From Fimbriosthenelais zetlandica (lineage: Eukaryota): a stretch of DNA of 64,000 nt. Below the pieces are notes generated by a model that saw only the letters and a list, made by a program, of their open reading frames with translations, had not been told where the DNA came from and did no database searches. The stretch spans positions 16,926,001-16,990,000 of the forward strand of contig OZ365113.1 of NCBI GenBank assembly GCA_977030845.1, given 5' to 3'. Both the position numbers and the translations under genes were made by a program. Positions 1 through 14,800 of the stretch are shown here, piece by piece (the first letter of the stretch is position 1; the number at the start of each line of letters is the position of its first letter).

Positions 1-3000
1 ATGTCATCTGTTATGTTAAGGTGATGTCCCTAATCAGCTCATTAAAGAGACTCATTAGTGAACGACCTATTAGCAGCCTCCTATCAATTTAACATACAGT
101 ACAGACCCTTTTCAATATAGCATACATCTACATACAGACCTTGCTTTAATGGTTACACATAGGAATTCCTGCACTCTCCGGAATGAGAACTGAATGAGAA
201 CGAGAATGTTATGTCCTCTACCCTCACATTGACAATATTATTTGCTGTACAGAGAATAGTTATTGCGGATACATTTGTCAGCTTGTTTAAACAGTATTAA
301 AACATAGCATAAATATAACTATTTTAAACCATTTTTAATTCAAAGAGCTTGAGAACAAACCATGTGTTTTTGTACCAAGTCCCCAATGGAGGAACATCAA
401 GTGGTGCTGTCCAATGATAGAGTGGTGAAGACGAGCACACTGCCCAGCTCCAAGGTCGTAGATCAAGTGGTAAAAACTGGCAGCAGTGTTAAAAGGGATT
501 TGGAAAATTTATCTCTAGGAACTGCATGTGGCCAAAAGAGCCTACAAATGGCCAATTGTCAGTCATGTATTTGCAAGTTTCCCTCTCACAACAAATACCA
601 GCGCCAGTAGAGCTGATGTATGAAAGCTGGCATACAAATGGGGGATGGCTCAAGGTGGCAAGCCCAGAGCAGGCCGAGGAAATGCCTATCACTTTGGACA
701 AGAGTAATGAGAATGGAGTCCAAGAAAGGCAGAGGGAGATAAATAAACTGACAGGCAAGCAAAGAAAATGGAATATAGGCAATATGTACTGGTGGTGACT
801 TTTGCTCCGAGAGCAGGATTTAGGACCCATGAAAAAATGGGAATAAATCAAATCAGGGGAGTGACTTCTTGAACCGTCTGCTGGAATGGGGATTTGACAG
901 AAAAATAACTTTTATGTCTATTGTGTTGCTATATTGTCATACGAAAAATGTTTAGTCGAGATAAAGAGAGGTGAGAGCTCTGATCTGCCTTATAGCAATC
1001 AGCTTCTGTTACAGCACTTGCTTTTAAGGGTATTCTGTACGAAAGTGTTCATAGACTGCCATCGTATATATACCATCTTTATGTCCTACTTATAGGGCAT
1101 CTTAATTGACAGAAACCATTTTTTCCAAGCCTAGAAGGTCATTTTTTCTGCAATAATACCAGAAACAAAAGATTCTGCCTTTTGCCATAGAGGCCTGAGG
1201 GCACTTTCAGGCCTCACAGATGGAGAAAGCGTCACAAATCGTATTGATTGTGTGGCTGGTGTGAAATCGCATCTCGGGTGAGAGCACACTCTACTTGTTA
1301 CCTCCCCATATATACTGCTACTGGGTGAAAACATATTATATAGCACATCTGACAAAGGCCGGCCTGACATCTGTTGTTATACATTGAGCCTGTATGTAGA
1401 CATGTTACACCGCGGGAGAACAGTAACAGTGATAGCAGGTAGGCTAAACCTATTTTCGACAGGTATCCACGAAGAAAAACGAGACTCATGAGAAAGGGAA
1501 CATGAATTCCTCTCAGGTCCTGGCTGGCATATATAAGGTCAATTTCGGTTTCTAGAATTCATTTAGTAGTCAATGTGGAATGGTAAATCTCACACCCTCA
1601 GACCAGCAAACCAAGGAGAGCTGATTGCCTCCACTGCCTGCACCTGAGGCAGTGAATATACAAGAACATTCTCTGCAGTTGTGCCATGAGACTTCAATAT
1701 GTGACATCGTGGAGACATCCCTTGGAATCACATGCAAGCGGCCCCAATCCTAGCATGGCTTGGCCATAGGGAAGTAAGGCCGAAAAGTGAAAACTGTCTT
1801 CTTTCTCAGGTCAAGGCCATAGCTGGACATAGAAATATAAGCCAGAATAAGGCTTCATATATACGCGCGGACAGCAGTGAAATAATAAAAACTGTCAGCG
1901 GGAAAGTGTAGTTCAGTACACTGTTAGAAATGATGAAGGAGCCCGTATAGATCATGATAATAGATGTTTGGCATCCTATAGGACTCAGTAAGATTGGTAG
2001 CTTTACGCCATATCCTCAGCCTATTTTTGCCTATTTATTCTCTTACACGCACTATGAAGAGAGGCATGTATTATTTTTGACGTCCATACTGCATCATATC
2101 ACCAACTTCTTCTCCTCTCCCTCCCTTTCCACTTCCTCGGCTTCCGGCTGCAAATGCTGCAATCGATATAGCTCATTGACATCTACCTCTAAGTTTGATG
2201 GAGAGAGAGGAGGATAGAGGAGGCCTGTATATGAGGGCATGAAGAATAAGAAGTTAAAATAATATAATACAGGAGAGGTAACAGCAGCTGGTCGGACGAC
2301 TAGATTGGAGTCTCTATAGATGATGTCATTAGAACTGTAAAGGATGAAACTGCCAAGAACGTCAAGACAACGACGGCTAGAAGTATTTAACTCACTTTTC
2401 TTTAGATTTCAGTCTGAAGAAATGCTAAAATTACATATTTTTTGGTGGCATCTATGCAGGTTTTTCTTCTCTCAACACAATTAGTGTAAGAAATGGAAGA
2501 TGCTGCCTATCGACATCGCTTACGTATGAAAGGGCAGACATTACATCATCATTGCTTTTCCAGGTCCAAGTATTGCACCGAACACTAATGATGACAGATG
2601 GAAGCAGCAATTGATGGATTGGTTATTTCTCACAGATCTGACATCTAACCAGGCCCAAAACCCCAAAGATGAATAATTGGAAAAGTAGCAAAATGGATGT
2701 GCGCACGGTTGCTAGTAAGAGATCCTAAAGCCTGGTGAATGTGCGGCCAACTGTTTTGTTTTATTTTTGTAATATGCTTCTGAAAGTTGGATACAGCTAT
2801 TGAGGTGTGTATAGCAAAAAGTGGATTCCACATCCAATGTTGGTGAGTCATAGGTTTTTGGTCAGACTTAAGGTAAGGAGGTCATAATATTTGCTATGCT
2901 GAATCTTTTCCCGAAAATACTTAAACCTAACTACTTATAGCTGAATCCCCCTCTTATCCTAACACATACCACATGGACAATCATGCACACAATCGCAGAC

Positions 3001-6000
3001 AATTTTACGCTGACAATAGGTCCCTTTCATTACAGGATCCAATTTATCAGAGCTTCGAGAACTGCTTTGCAGACATCGATGGAGCCTTCTAATACACCCT
3101 CCTTTAATCTATAGGCATTTCCAACATCAAATGACAATGCGATACCAGTTCAAAGTTCTAGGAAAATTGATTTTTACATAACTCCGTCATATGAAAGGGA
3201 GAGAGTGGAGCTGAGCCGATTTTGCTAGGAGCGGGGCTTGAGCAATATGAGACATCAGAATGACATTGCATATATGAAGGAAATTGGTGCAGGCCTGGCG
3301 GTGTGTGGGATTAGCCCATCCTCGGAGTAGATGGAGGCAGTGCAATTGTAATTAACTCCTAATGGAGAACACTTCTCTTTGTGTATCTAATCCCTTTGGA
3401 ATCCAAATGTGCCACTCCCAGGAGTAGATTCACGTCCATTTTTCTTATGTTTATTATGCTTCTTATCAGATGGAAGAGCTCTTCGCAGGGATAAAAAGTG
3501 CCGAGTCATTCAATGTCAAGATGATGATGTGTGTAAGTAGCATGGTGGGAAATGCTCTTGACAGTAATATGTCTCATATATGTAGTCTACTAAAAAGGTT
3601 TTCGATTGAACAGCAATATGATACTTATTCCTCTCTCACTTCTAATCTTTATAAGGATTAAAGTAGGAAAAACATCACATATATATGCTTTAGTATAATA
3701 TATAATGGAGAATTTTAGTTTTTATCAAACCCATGGGAAGTACTAGCTACTGCCCAGCTGTTTCTTGCATTCATTTACTACATCTGGCCCAATGCGACGA
3801 AAGTCGTTCAAGAATTGCTTCAGTGACATGTGAGTGATGTTTTGAAGGATGTTCCATAACCAAACATATGCTAAGGTCACAGACTGCTGCGAATTGAGCA
3901 ATTGAAACAACTAGAAAAAACACTGTCTTCAGATTAAAAAAGCCCTTGTTTGGGGCAGAATGACTGCCAACAATATAAGGTAAGCAGCTGGAGGTCTCTC
4001 TTAACGCTCTTTCCTTTGACTGATCTTCAACAGATCAGAGCACAAACAGAGACTGTATAAAGGGGAGATGTTAGAAGAGGAATTAGATCCTTAATCAGTC
4101 GGGGATCTGTAATCCCGGGAACACCGCTCTTCACACAGACCCCAGAATCCCTAAGATCAATGGTCAGTCGTTATCCCACTAGGGGGGCTTTGGTCACAAA
4201 GACCTCAGACCATCACACACACCTTACTGGATCCCAGTCCAAAGGCTTCCAAGTACCAAATCAATGATCTCCGGTTAAATCCAGGAAAAGGAATGTGACC
4301 CCTCCCTGAAGGGTTTAAAGCCTGGTGCCTGGTCACTCTATATAGTGGGTCCACCACCTATTGCTGGTACCGAAAAGCATCAGCGATTTACAGGTGAATG
4401 AATGAAATGAAGATTATATTACTGGTGTTAACGTAGGCTGGCGAAATGTGGTCTATAGGTGGAAAAGAAATTGCAACACTCGGTGGAGTCTTAAATATCC
4501 ACAATAGTTCTTATCAGATGACGATAGGTATCAAAGTACATATGATTCGAGTTCAACATTTGTTTTAGAGAGAAGTTTTATAGACAATTTCATATCCTAA
4601 TCAGCACAAACTCACCCAAATAAGTTTCATTTGATCCTATCTAACCCGCCAACTGAACATTTCTTATCCGTTTTATCAAACCGGATCCCAAAAGGGCCAA
4701 CTCGGCTCAACACTAAAATCCATCCTGACAAAACGGTAGACACCACTTAACATCAAGCCAGCCTAGAAAGAAGGAACCGCTGAAAAATTGGTTTGGTAAT
4801 AAATGCAATTACTGACAAGAACGTCAGAGCGAAACAAGAGGCTCTTTCTGAAGGAGCTACCTATGTTAAGGACTCAGGTTTCCAAGAGATCCAGTAATGG
4901 TAGTGACTGGAAGACGACCGGAGGACCAGCTCCTAGTCACAGAGGACCAATAGTTTTACGAAGGTCAGAGTAAATCACAGTGGATTAAGCCAGGGGTTAG
5001 CAATTGTAAAGTCCAGACAGTTTGTTTCTCGGACCAATTGCTTCTGAGATAGAACCATGGGTATTAAGAAATAAAGAGAAGGTAAACACAGAAGGTTCTC
5101 TATAACCTACTGTTCACAAAAACTAATTTCCATTCTCCTCGAAACTTTCAACTTTACATGCACTATATTGGCATATCTCTATATGTAATTCGATGTGGCA
5201 ACTCGATACAGCATTCCGCTTTAGTTCCAATTTGCCGCTAGACATCATGCTATATGCATTCCCTTGTATAGTTGTCATCCCATCTCAGTATCATAGTTCG
5301 ATTCAGAGTCACGGACCTGAATGAAGTCCTAACAGCAATGCCACAGTGCGGAATGGGCTGGCCCACAAGAAAGGAGTTAGATTATTAGGTTATCTAGCAA
5401 GGAGAAGGAGCAACTGATTGAATCTCATGTCATTCCTCACAGATCTGGACCTGAATACATTAGCCCTCACACTCGCACACAGTCAGAAATCAAGTTGGTC
5501 GAATTTTCTGCTTGAGTCACGATATGTCAGATCTAGATCTCATGTTCCAGTGAGTAAGAAGGCCATCTAAAACTGCATACAGAAAGATGACAACCCGGAC
5601 TGTCAGAAAAGTAGCCAGCAATGAATAAGACACCATTGTATGCCAATGCTTTCACTTTGGAGGGAAAATGGCGAAAAGAGATCATAAAAGCCTGGCATTT
5701 TCAGGAGATGATTTTTTAACAAACAGGTTTGATGGATGGAGGTGTGGTTGTGAGGGGGAGCAGGTCAGACTGCATATTGATTGTAACACTCATTACTGGC
5801 TAAACCAGGACTAAATGCTCATTTACTTCTCCATCACGACCAGATACTCCCTCCATGATGCATCGTCGTCTGGCGGAAGAGTGGTGGTCCAAACACGACC
5901 AAAATGACACCAGAATAAACGCCATCCACCTACCCACCCCACGCCTCCACTCCCCCATACCCTGCTTGTCTGCAGCATACTTGGAATACAAAACAGCATT

Positions 6001-6619
6001 ATTACCATCCGGGGAACGAAGCGTTGGTCAGTAGGAGATTGCCTGCAGTTCACCAGAATGCCAACCTTCATGTAGCAGCAGGGGTGAAAACAGGAGAAGA
6101 AAGCAGCCACACGTACCAGTTACAAAAGTCAATATGGGCAGGCGGGTGGCGTGAAGCCGCTGTTTGGTCAGTGTCGCTTGGGATGGATTGCCTCAGCCGT
6201 AGTGGGGATAAGTCTTTCTTTTCCAGCCACTTTCCAATTCGTATGAGTGAAATACAACTAGGAGAGCTTAGAGGCAACGTCACATGCCCAGCCCATTCTC
6301 CTTATTCATGCCTACCAAGATTAAGTCTGGTGTGCCTAAGGAGGCATCTATTTCTAAGATGTCGAAAGTGCTAAGTACAAAAGCTATAAACGGGGTCTCT
6401 GTTCTTGATTGTTTAAACTGTTACCTCTCTTTTAAACAATCCAAGATCTAAATGCTATTTCATTACATTTACAGTAGAGACAATCACGAGAAAAATAAAG
6501 TTATTCAGGCAATATGGCCAGGCGCTGTAATTCAATGGCACTGTTAAGAGTTTTAAGGCAAGCTAACAAGGGCTGATTCCTTGTTTTTTTCATTGCGGGC
6601 TGAATTTCACCCTGGAGCT

Positions 6620-7040
6620 CCAATGGGGGATGGCATGTCAAGTCCTGATTACCCCATAATTCTGATTACTGAACTGATTTAATGCTGGATCGAAGAATTT
6701 GCTTGAAGAAGTTTAAAATCTCAATTGCATTTGGCATGTCAATTCCAGGCCCCACAAAGCAAGAGCACTGTTGGGCCACTGGGGACAATCTTTGGCCAAA
6801 CAAGATTTTTTTTTTACATTGGCCCAATCACACTATGTCACTTTCAATATTTAGTTCCAACATCGCCTTGACCATTCATCAGGTTTGAAATGACCATATG
6901 GCAATATCTCAGAAATGTTTTTAATGAAATTCCCATAGGGTACAATCTATCAATAATCCTTCATGCATGAGGTCAGCACCATCCTCCAAATAGAAAGATC
7001 TATCAACCAAGAGAGATACCATCCAGAGTGGGCGTGAATG
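6620..7040 (-). mobile_element. Possible decayed BEL/Pao LTR retrotransposon RT fragment
   Basis: The minus frame contains DRSFYLEDGAD (cf. RNFYVDDG), ELNIESDIV*LGQ and KQILR, interrupted by stops. Weak. Confidence 0.25.
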
Positions 7041-10000
7041 AGTATGAAAGGGCCCTTAGATAATATGGTATAAGAGTATCGAGGACAATCTAAATAGGAA
7101 ATCGTTCAACAAAACTAGTGCCTGCGAAAAAGGAATAAGTATTGCGATGAATCATTGTCAATCTATAATCTTCTATTCCCTATCCTCAAATGTACATGGC
7201 CTGCAGACGTGGCCCCCAGTCATTGATCAAGCCAAGTGAAATATAGTTCTATCTATACAATATCCCCCTAACACGGCTGGCGGCACGCCCAAGGCTGGAT
7301 GTAGCTGCCTGGAGAGTGGAGCAAGGAGAAGATGGAAACCTGAGCCATTCTCCTTCTTCTCCCCTGCCACCCATCATCTAACCTAGAGTTTATATCTCAC
7401 CAAATGTGACGTTCTGATCATGCTTCCTACGCCTGGCCATCATCAGGCCAACCTAAAACGAAATTAGGATGGAATACTCCATTTCCCTGTTTCTTTTCTG
7501 TATGGAGAAGACTGAGGCAAGAAAAGAATGCAATAGCTAAAATTAACAAGCTGAACTGTTGCAAATACTCAAGAAGAGGAATGAATTTTTACATGCAATA
7601 AAACTTTCCGAGATACAATTTGTTATATTTGATAACATTAATCACTTGAAATAGTAGGAACTTCCTTTGACAATGTTGTCCACTGACATTTACTGGTATA
7701 ATGGCATCGTGCAGCACAATACTGCACTGACGGAATAAAGAAATCTTGGAAAGATTTATCCAATAAAGGTCAACTGAAGAGAAATCACTCAAGAAACATT
7801 TGCTTCCCTCCTTTCATTCTTGTCCTTGGCCTTATAACTCAGGGCCGTCCACTGCAGAGCCTCAGTGAGCACTAACCCAATCACCAACGGAAGAGCCAAC
7901 AACAACTTAGCCCCCCATTACCGGAAGTCCCATTCCGGAAGCCATTACGCCAGCCTCAATCCTGTCTCAGCATCTTTTTTCATGATTGTCCCAAATCCCT
8001 TTTCCTCATGAAGATTGGTAGTGAGCGCTTGCCGAAATCAGAGGATGAAAGGTGTCCAGATGATTCTTAAGCGAGATGCAGTAAAAAAACAGAAAGTACA
8101 TGGAGTAATGCTTTATAGGATGAAAGACTTGAGGTCAAATTTGCGTCCATTACTTCTGAAAGACCTATTTTCGACGGTGCCAGTGACTATATTACTTTAG
8201 GAAAGAAGGGAAATTCAATTCAGCTAGTGTAAAAACACACCCTCTCATTGAAGTACGTTAGTGAGAGGAGAAGAATGAGGACCCCTGGGTTTCTGTAGTT
8301 ACTCAAGCAAGATGCTACCTACATTAGGGTTGGTCCATTGATTTCTCATTCTGTATATTCAGGTCAAAACAGGGAGAGAGAACTCAGTGTGCAGTACTAC
8401 TTAACAGCTATGAAAACTGATTATGTACTGTTCAGGGAAGGACATTCATATCTCAGTGAATCAGTGAATTAAAGATGCTAGCGATTGTAATCTGTTATCC
8501 AGTCCTATTGGAAACTGTCCTGGCACATGACATTCATTTTCCACGCTGACACTATAGCTGCACGGTCAGTCCATGGAAGCCTGGGTAGACGGCACGCTGG
8601 AAGCCAGAACAGCAAAAGAAGCCAGATTGAAAAGCCCTGGCAACCTGCAAGCAGGTCGACTGGCGCCTACATTGTGAACCAATGTTTATCTAGTGTCTCT
8701 GGGAGCCAGCTGAGGTCCTACAGGCCTTTCTCCATCTCCCTCTTTGTCACATTTCCTTTATAGTCCTTTACAATGTGTCTCCTACCCTAACAAATCCACG
8801 CTGGAGGCAGAGACAATGCCAGGAGAGGCAAACCAACATGAGAAATGTATGACAGCTTTATGTAAGTGATATGAAGAGTGACTTAACACCCATGTAAGTT
8901 TTAGCCAAAGGAACCTATGGAAGGACCTCCTGGGACAAAAAAAAATGCAGAACTGATCAACCCTGTCTCATGCGTAGGGAAAAGAGATCACACATAAAGT
9001 GTTGGGTAACTTTGTAGAGGCTAGATAGGTTTCATGTCCTAGCATGAACTGGCTGCCTTACAATCTAATGCAGAGGAAATCACTCTCTGCTCATGACTTG
9101 GCTGTATCAAGGGAGGCCCAAGTAGGCCCAGCTTAGCCAGGGTTGGTTCTTAGGGCATCCTACTTTAGACCTGCCAACATTTCCCATTTTGACCTAAAAG
9201 AGGCAACAATCAATGAGGCCACAACTCAACGAACCTGCTCCCACAGCAACTGTCAAAGACCTCACATACACACACTCCACCACTGCCCCACAGCCACAGC
9301 AGTAAAAGGGTACTCCACAACTGTGGTTAAAAGTCTAGAACCACAAACTTGACCGCCAGAAATAAGGTTGAAATACAGATAATTTCAAAAGTGGAAAGGG
9401 TCATGGACCTAACCCCTTCCTTTACAATGACCATGATCCCATCCTGAGGGAAGCATCTCTTATATGCTGAGCATGTTTCACAGCCTCATCTCAACCACCA
9501 CTTTCACCCTACTCACCACCTACCCTCCAAACTATTGACATCCTTCCTCAGTTCTGCCCTTCATTGCAGAATGAAAAGGGAATACTGAACAGAAGCGAGA
9601 GGCCTGATCGGCTGTGGGCCCAGCTTGGTCCATACACCATATATATACAAGCCACCATCTACAGCTGGCAGCCTATAGGACCCTGGGGTAAAGGTCTATG
9701 AGGCTGGGGAAGGGAGTCTGTTTGAGCGGGAACAAGGGCCTCATGAGGCCGGCAAACCAGTGGCCACGAGCCTGGGAAGGCCGATTCACAGAGGAGGGTA
9801 CTATGGACCATTGATCCAGCACATTACATGGTGGATTGGGCGGGCCCTATAGAGACTTTCCGATACAGCGCCCCCTTCTTACCCGTCTGGGTGTGAATGG
9901 GGAGATTGGCTCCGGAGGTGGAGGAAAACTCCTTGTGGCTGTACACTGTTAAAGCTGTAATGTGGCATGTTATAACACTGACAGACACATCTCTATGAAC

Positions 10001-11559
10001 CAGAATCTTTCAGAACCACAAATAGTTAGCCCCAACTCACTGTTACCAACTCATTACTTCAGGAAACCATTTGCCAGGTCTCATTTCAAGTAGTGACGAG
10101 CACACTTAAACGTTTTAGAGTGTAGTTTTGCATCTTGATGAGGTGCTGCAGCCAGGAATGTCAAGCCAAGAAATAGAGTCGTACTGGGTGCCGACTCACT
10201 GGGTCAGATACAGCCAAATTTGTCAGGGAGGTTGTGGGTGGAAATGCCAGGCGGAAAAGTAGAAACAATGAAACAATGACCCACTGCATGAAAGTGGGTC
10301 CACACTCTAGGGCCTATATGGATTGTCCTTATTAATCTACTTACCATGAATAGCGCCCAAACACACTAGAGACCATCGGTATTCTGGCATATTATTATAT
10401 TGATTTAAATCTTTCTTAAATTATTCAGAATCTTATCCGAGACAAAATTTAGGATAAAATATACCCATGCAGCGCAGTTTGCCAGGATATTATATTTACA
10501 GATTTAAAAAGTCTTCTCTTTCCTACTTGAATCTTTTATCTGGCTGTTTATTTGCGAAATAGACAGCCACCATAGTCTTTCTTCTACCAGACATTTACGG
10601 ACGATGCAATCTCTACTGAAAGCATGTATTACAAAGGCCTAGCTGAGGCCTGCTATTCGTTACCATGACAATGCCTCTCTGTACCATCTCCACCCACTGG
10701 AAGGCACCGGGAGGCCCAGCGGGGCTGTGTCCTAAATGGATTCCACTGTAAATACATTAGGAAGGTAGGGGCGTTTAAGGGAGTTAAGTCTAGGAGATGG
10801 GTCCCTTCCTCCAGTCACACAGCTGATTGATGGAATGCCTGACACCATATTCTAATGAGCCAGGATCTCATGGAGTACGGTTTCTTGGTGGTCCCCTTGC
10901 TTGTTCTATGTGTATTCACCCGAATATTTAAGTCAAAGTACAATGCAATTTATATACAATAATCAACAATATGTTTTTATTTATGTTCATCACCACTAGG
11001 TACAGCAGTAGCGCTATACCCCAAAACAGTTGATCACCCAATCAACTTCTTCATTCAATTCTCGCCCACCAACTGAATTCAACACCTGCTCCATATATTC
11101 TTCTATTCATTCAGTTTCTTCACTATTAAACTTAGGAATCCTTCATGACATATGATTCATCAAAACCTAGAGCCCCTGAATCCAGCCTATAAACCTGAAG
11201 CAATTGGTGAACAACACACCTGGAGCCTACCATTGGATCACATCATCCACCTAAAAATCCAACCAGCAAGTCCTCCCATCAGGATACATCAGGTGAGGAC
11301 AGGAATGGTCGGCCAGATAACAGTGCCCATCTATACCAAAGCTGATGGACCCGCTGTTTCCACATCAATCCCTGTCTCCCATCCATGGAAGTATCTTGAA
11401 ACATACTAACCCCCACTTAAACCTTCCTTTCAATTGCATAATCCTCCTGTTTCTGCTGAGGACAAAGACTACTCAGGCACAATTTACTGTTCTTTGTAGC
11501 GTCTCCTGGAGAGATCCCTAAACCAACAAACTACACCTCCTCTGGCGACGGCCAACCAC

Positions 11560-11850
11560 AGCTGGAGGAAGGCTGCTGACCCCCCACCTTCAACCAATCA
11601 CAGCCCTGGAAGGCATACAAGCGCCTGGATGAGCAAGAGGCTGGAGAAGGAGGAGGAGCAGGAGGAGGTGCTGGTGGTTGCAGTGGTGGCACTGCTGGTG
11701 GTGATGGTGGCTTTGGGTAGTTTGTAAAGGGAGGTCCAGAGTCCATGGTGGAGTAAGCTGTAGGATGTGTAGTATAGTAACTCTGCAGCCCCCCAGCCCA
11801 ACATAGGGATCCCTGACTCGGGTGGAGCAGGAGGTGGAGGCAGCCTGTAG
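11560..11850. repeat. Low-complexity GGA/GGT/GCA trinucleotide-rich tract (Gly-rich on +, Pro-rich on -)
   Basis: GGAGAAGGAGGAGGAGCAGGAGGAGGTGCTGGTGGT...; it produces several overlapping short, biased ORFs. Confidence 0.6.
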
Positions 11851-14800
11851 TCGATAGGATTTACTGATCCTCCTGGTCCAACAATGCACCAGTGCATGGT
11901 GAAGAAGAGACCATCAAGGCTTTGTGAACTAACAGCTGATTGTACTCACTCACAATCACTCGCCTACATCAACATCATCACAATGCTTACTTAAGACTCA
12001 AGAATACTTTCCACTGCCGAGTTTTTCTACCACACCACCTAGGGCTAAAATCGAGGGACAAGAAACTTGCATTTGTCAAGGAAGCAGTTGGGGTGTGTCT
12101 GACAACTAACTGTTACGCTTACCTTATCAGAATCATCATTCATTACCAGTAAATGTTCACGGGGGAGAGCACCTCTCATAAATAAGACCGAGGCCTCGCC
12201 AGCCACTTGTTACCCACGGATCAGGTCACATGAGATAAGGTCTGCTGCCTCACTTCAGTGAGAAAGGCATTTTGTGGAACTAACTTCAGAGAGGCAAACA
12301 GAGGAGGGCTGGATTAATGGATGTTGGGCAGAGCGTGGTGACCGTGGTCCTGACACTGTGAAGTTAGCCCGGATATGATACAGTGTTTCCAGCGTCAGAA
12401 GTAGAAGGGAATGTTCCACATGGTCGTGCATGACCGAGACCTGGTCCTGCTGCCTCGCAAGGGGAGTGACAGGTACAGAGAGGAGTGACAGGAACATTTC
12501 ACGAGTCAAATCACAGGTATGTTAACAAGGTTAAAAAAATTACCAAAGAAGTCATAGACAAGCTGGTGAAGGTCCAAATCTGAGATACTTGTAGTTATTG
12601 CATTAACGTAGGGCAAACTATCTTCAGCAGTCAAACACAAAATAGTAAAACACATCGGAAAACATGAATAAATGAACAGAAGCTTAATGATCAGAGATTT
12701 CCATGAAGTTAACGTATCAAACTTCCAAGCCTTGTCCTGATTCTTAGGATGAATGTCATCCAATTAGGCCTAATGTCCCAAGTTGATTGTCAAATGACCT
12801 TTGATCACTATAACGATAATCAATAAAGCACAATTATTGGTTGCTTAGGCAAAGAATTACCCTCCTTTGGCAGAAAAGGAACCTTAACAGACAACATTAG
12901 CGATATTCACGACATCACACCTGAAGGCTAGACAGCAAACTGCCAGGATTCTGGTCGCCAGGTGATAAAGTTACACAGGCAGATGAAAGCATGCTGGGAT
13001 GGGGAAGGACATGGACTGAGGCTCCGTCTGTTTCTTTCTGAATCCAGTACACAAAAGTTAACCTCTCTCCTTTAGTGCATCACACTCAACATGGTCAGTT
13101 GGGTGGGAAGAAAGAGCCTTTGGTGGGAAGTCTGATCATGCAAAGGCCAGCAAGCCATGGTGACTTTTGTTTTAGCAAAGATGACCTTTAGATATATATA
13201 CAGTGATCTTCAGCCTTCATCCAAGTTCAAGTGCACCTTCCTCCCTTATGGTATAAATAGTGCTCACTCAGTGGACTAGAAGGAGGAAACAGCAGGAACT
13301 ATGTTGCTTTCCAATCCAGATGAGGGAAGCATAATACAAATCAGTTGCCTACTTGGTACCAAGCAGAATGCTTCTGATATAATATAAATTTATCTTTAAA
13401 CAGGGCATTGCACATAGAAATTGACCAGGCATGAAATAAATATCGACTTCTTTAAACAAAGGGAAACATTCCCTTACATTAAGTCATACTGCATGCCATA
13501 TATATGACAGTGGCCCAGAACAAAACAAGCACATACACTATCGAATAACATGTCGGTGTTTTATCCTTTGGGCTTTGATATCCTACCAAACAGAATAGAT
13601 TGGACTCACGGGGAAAATTTAGATGAAAGCACCATATCTACACAACAAAATGCTGGTGTTCTTCCAAGACCAGAGCAACAAAAATACCATCAACGACTTG
13701 GGCAAACTCCAATACTGAAATCCAGCGTAATGGCAAAGATCCATGTTAATGGAACATCAAGTGTTTCATTTCTTTGTCGGGTCTTCACACACACACAAAC
13801 AGAAAGGACAATACCTTTATAGGCGAAGTTATTATTTTAATCTAAAATTCCAAACAGACTAATTTATCAGGGGAGTGACTGAAGCATTTAAAATGGTTCA
13901 GTTGTAAAATCGAATAAACAAAAGATAGTTCATAACTCACAGTGAATACTAAACACCATACAAAGTACTTGGCAGATTACAATGCCCTTTTTCACAAATC
14001 ATTTTAAAAGACCTCCGCCGAGCTGTAATTAACTGGTTTATTTCAGAAGCTTGAGGTGCAAACAAACTCATTTTAATATAGAGCTCTCAGTTGCTTGCCA
14101 AGTGGTTCCACGGAAGTGGCTTAAGAGGCCGTCCAATATTTGTTTTGAGCTGTTCACTAGAAGATCAAACGACTAAGCTCCCTAGAATAAATATCAAGTA
14201 AACTTTCTTTTCTCTAAGAATGATGATGAGCTAGACGTGCCTCAGATTCTGTTTTCAATTTGAATTCTTGGAGTCTTGGATTGTAATATTCTTATTTGAC
14301 ACGTTTTAATCACATAGCTGGATCTGTTGTTAGCATTGGCATGATCTGGTAAAATCGCAATGAATGTGGCCATTGGACAGCTCCATAGCCAGCAAATAAT
14401 GACTAGTTTCAGACCATGTACTGCTGGTAGGCTGATTAAGCAGCAATGTTCTCTCCATAAAATAAAAAGCAGCAGCGTCCCCTGTTGTTATCCTCAATTA
14501 TGTGGGCTTTGTGAATAATTAAAGCAGCAAACATTTATACCTGCTATTACTAGAACATGTCTGATGTAAAATGTGTCATTAACAGACCTGCGTCAGATAG
14601 AAGAGTGATAAATGATAGTGGTTTGGAGCATTATGGAGCTGTATTCACAGAGGTGGTTATCTGTCTGGTTTATAGAGGTCGTATTATGATTCTACCGACA
14701 CAACCACCAGTTCTCACAGTGAACCAAGAAATTCTAGACAGGGTACTCCCATCAGCCTGCCCTTAAACCCTCGTGGTGGGCATTCCATACAAACTAGTGG

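Noticed and set aside
362-2300. Cluster of short ORFs at the left edge
   Set aside because: No coherent domain or splice pattern was recognisable, and there are frequent stops in all frames.
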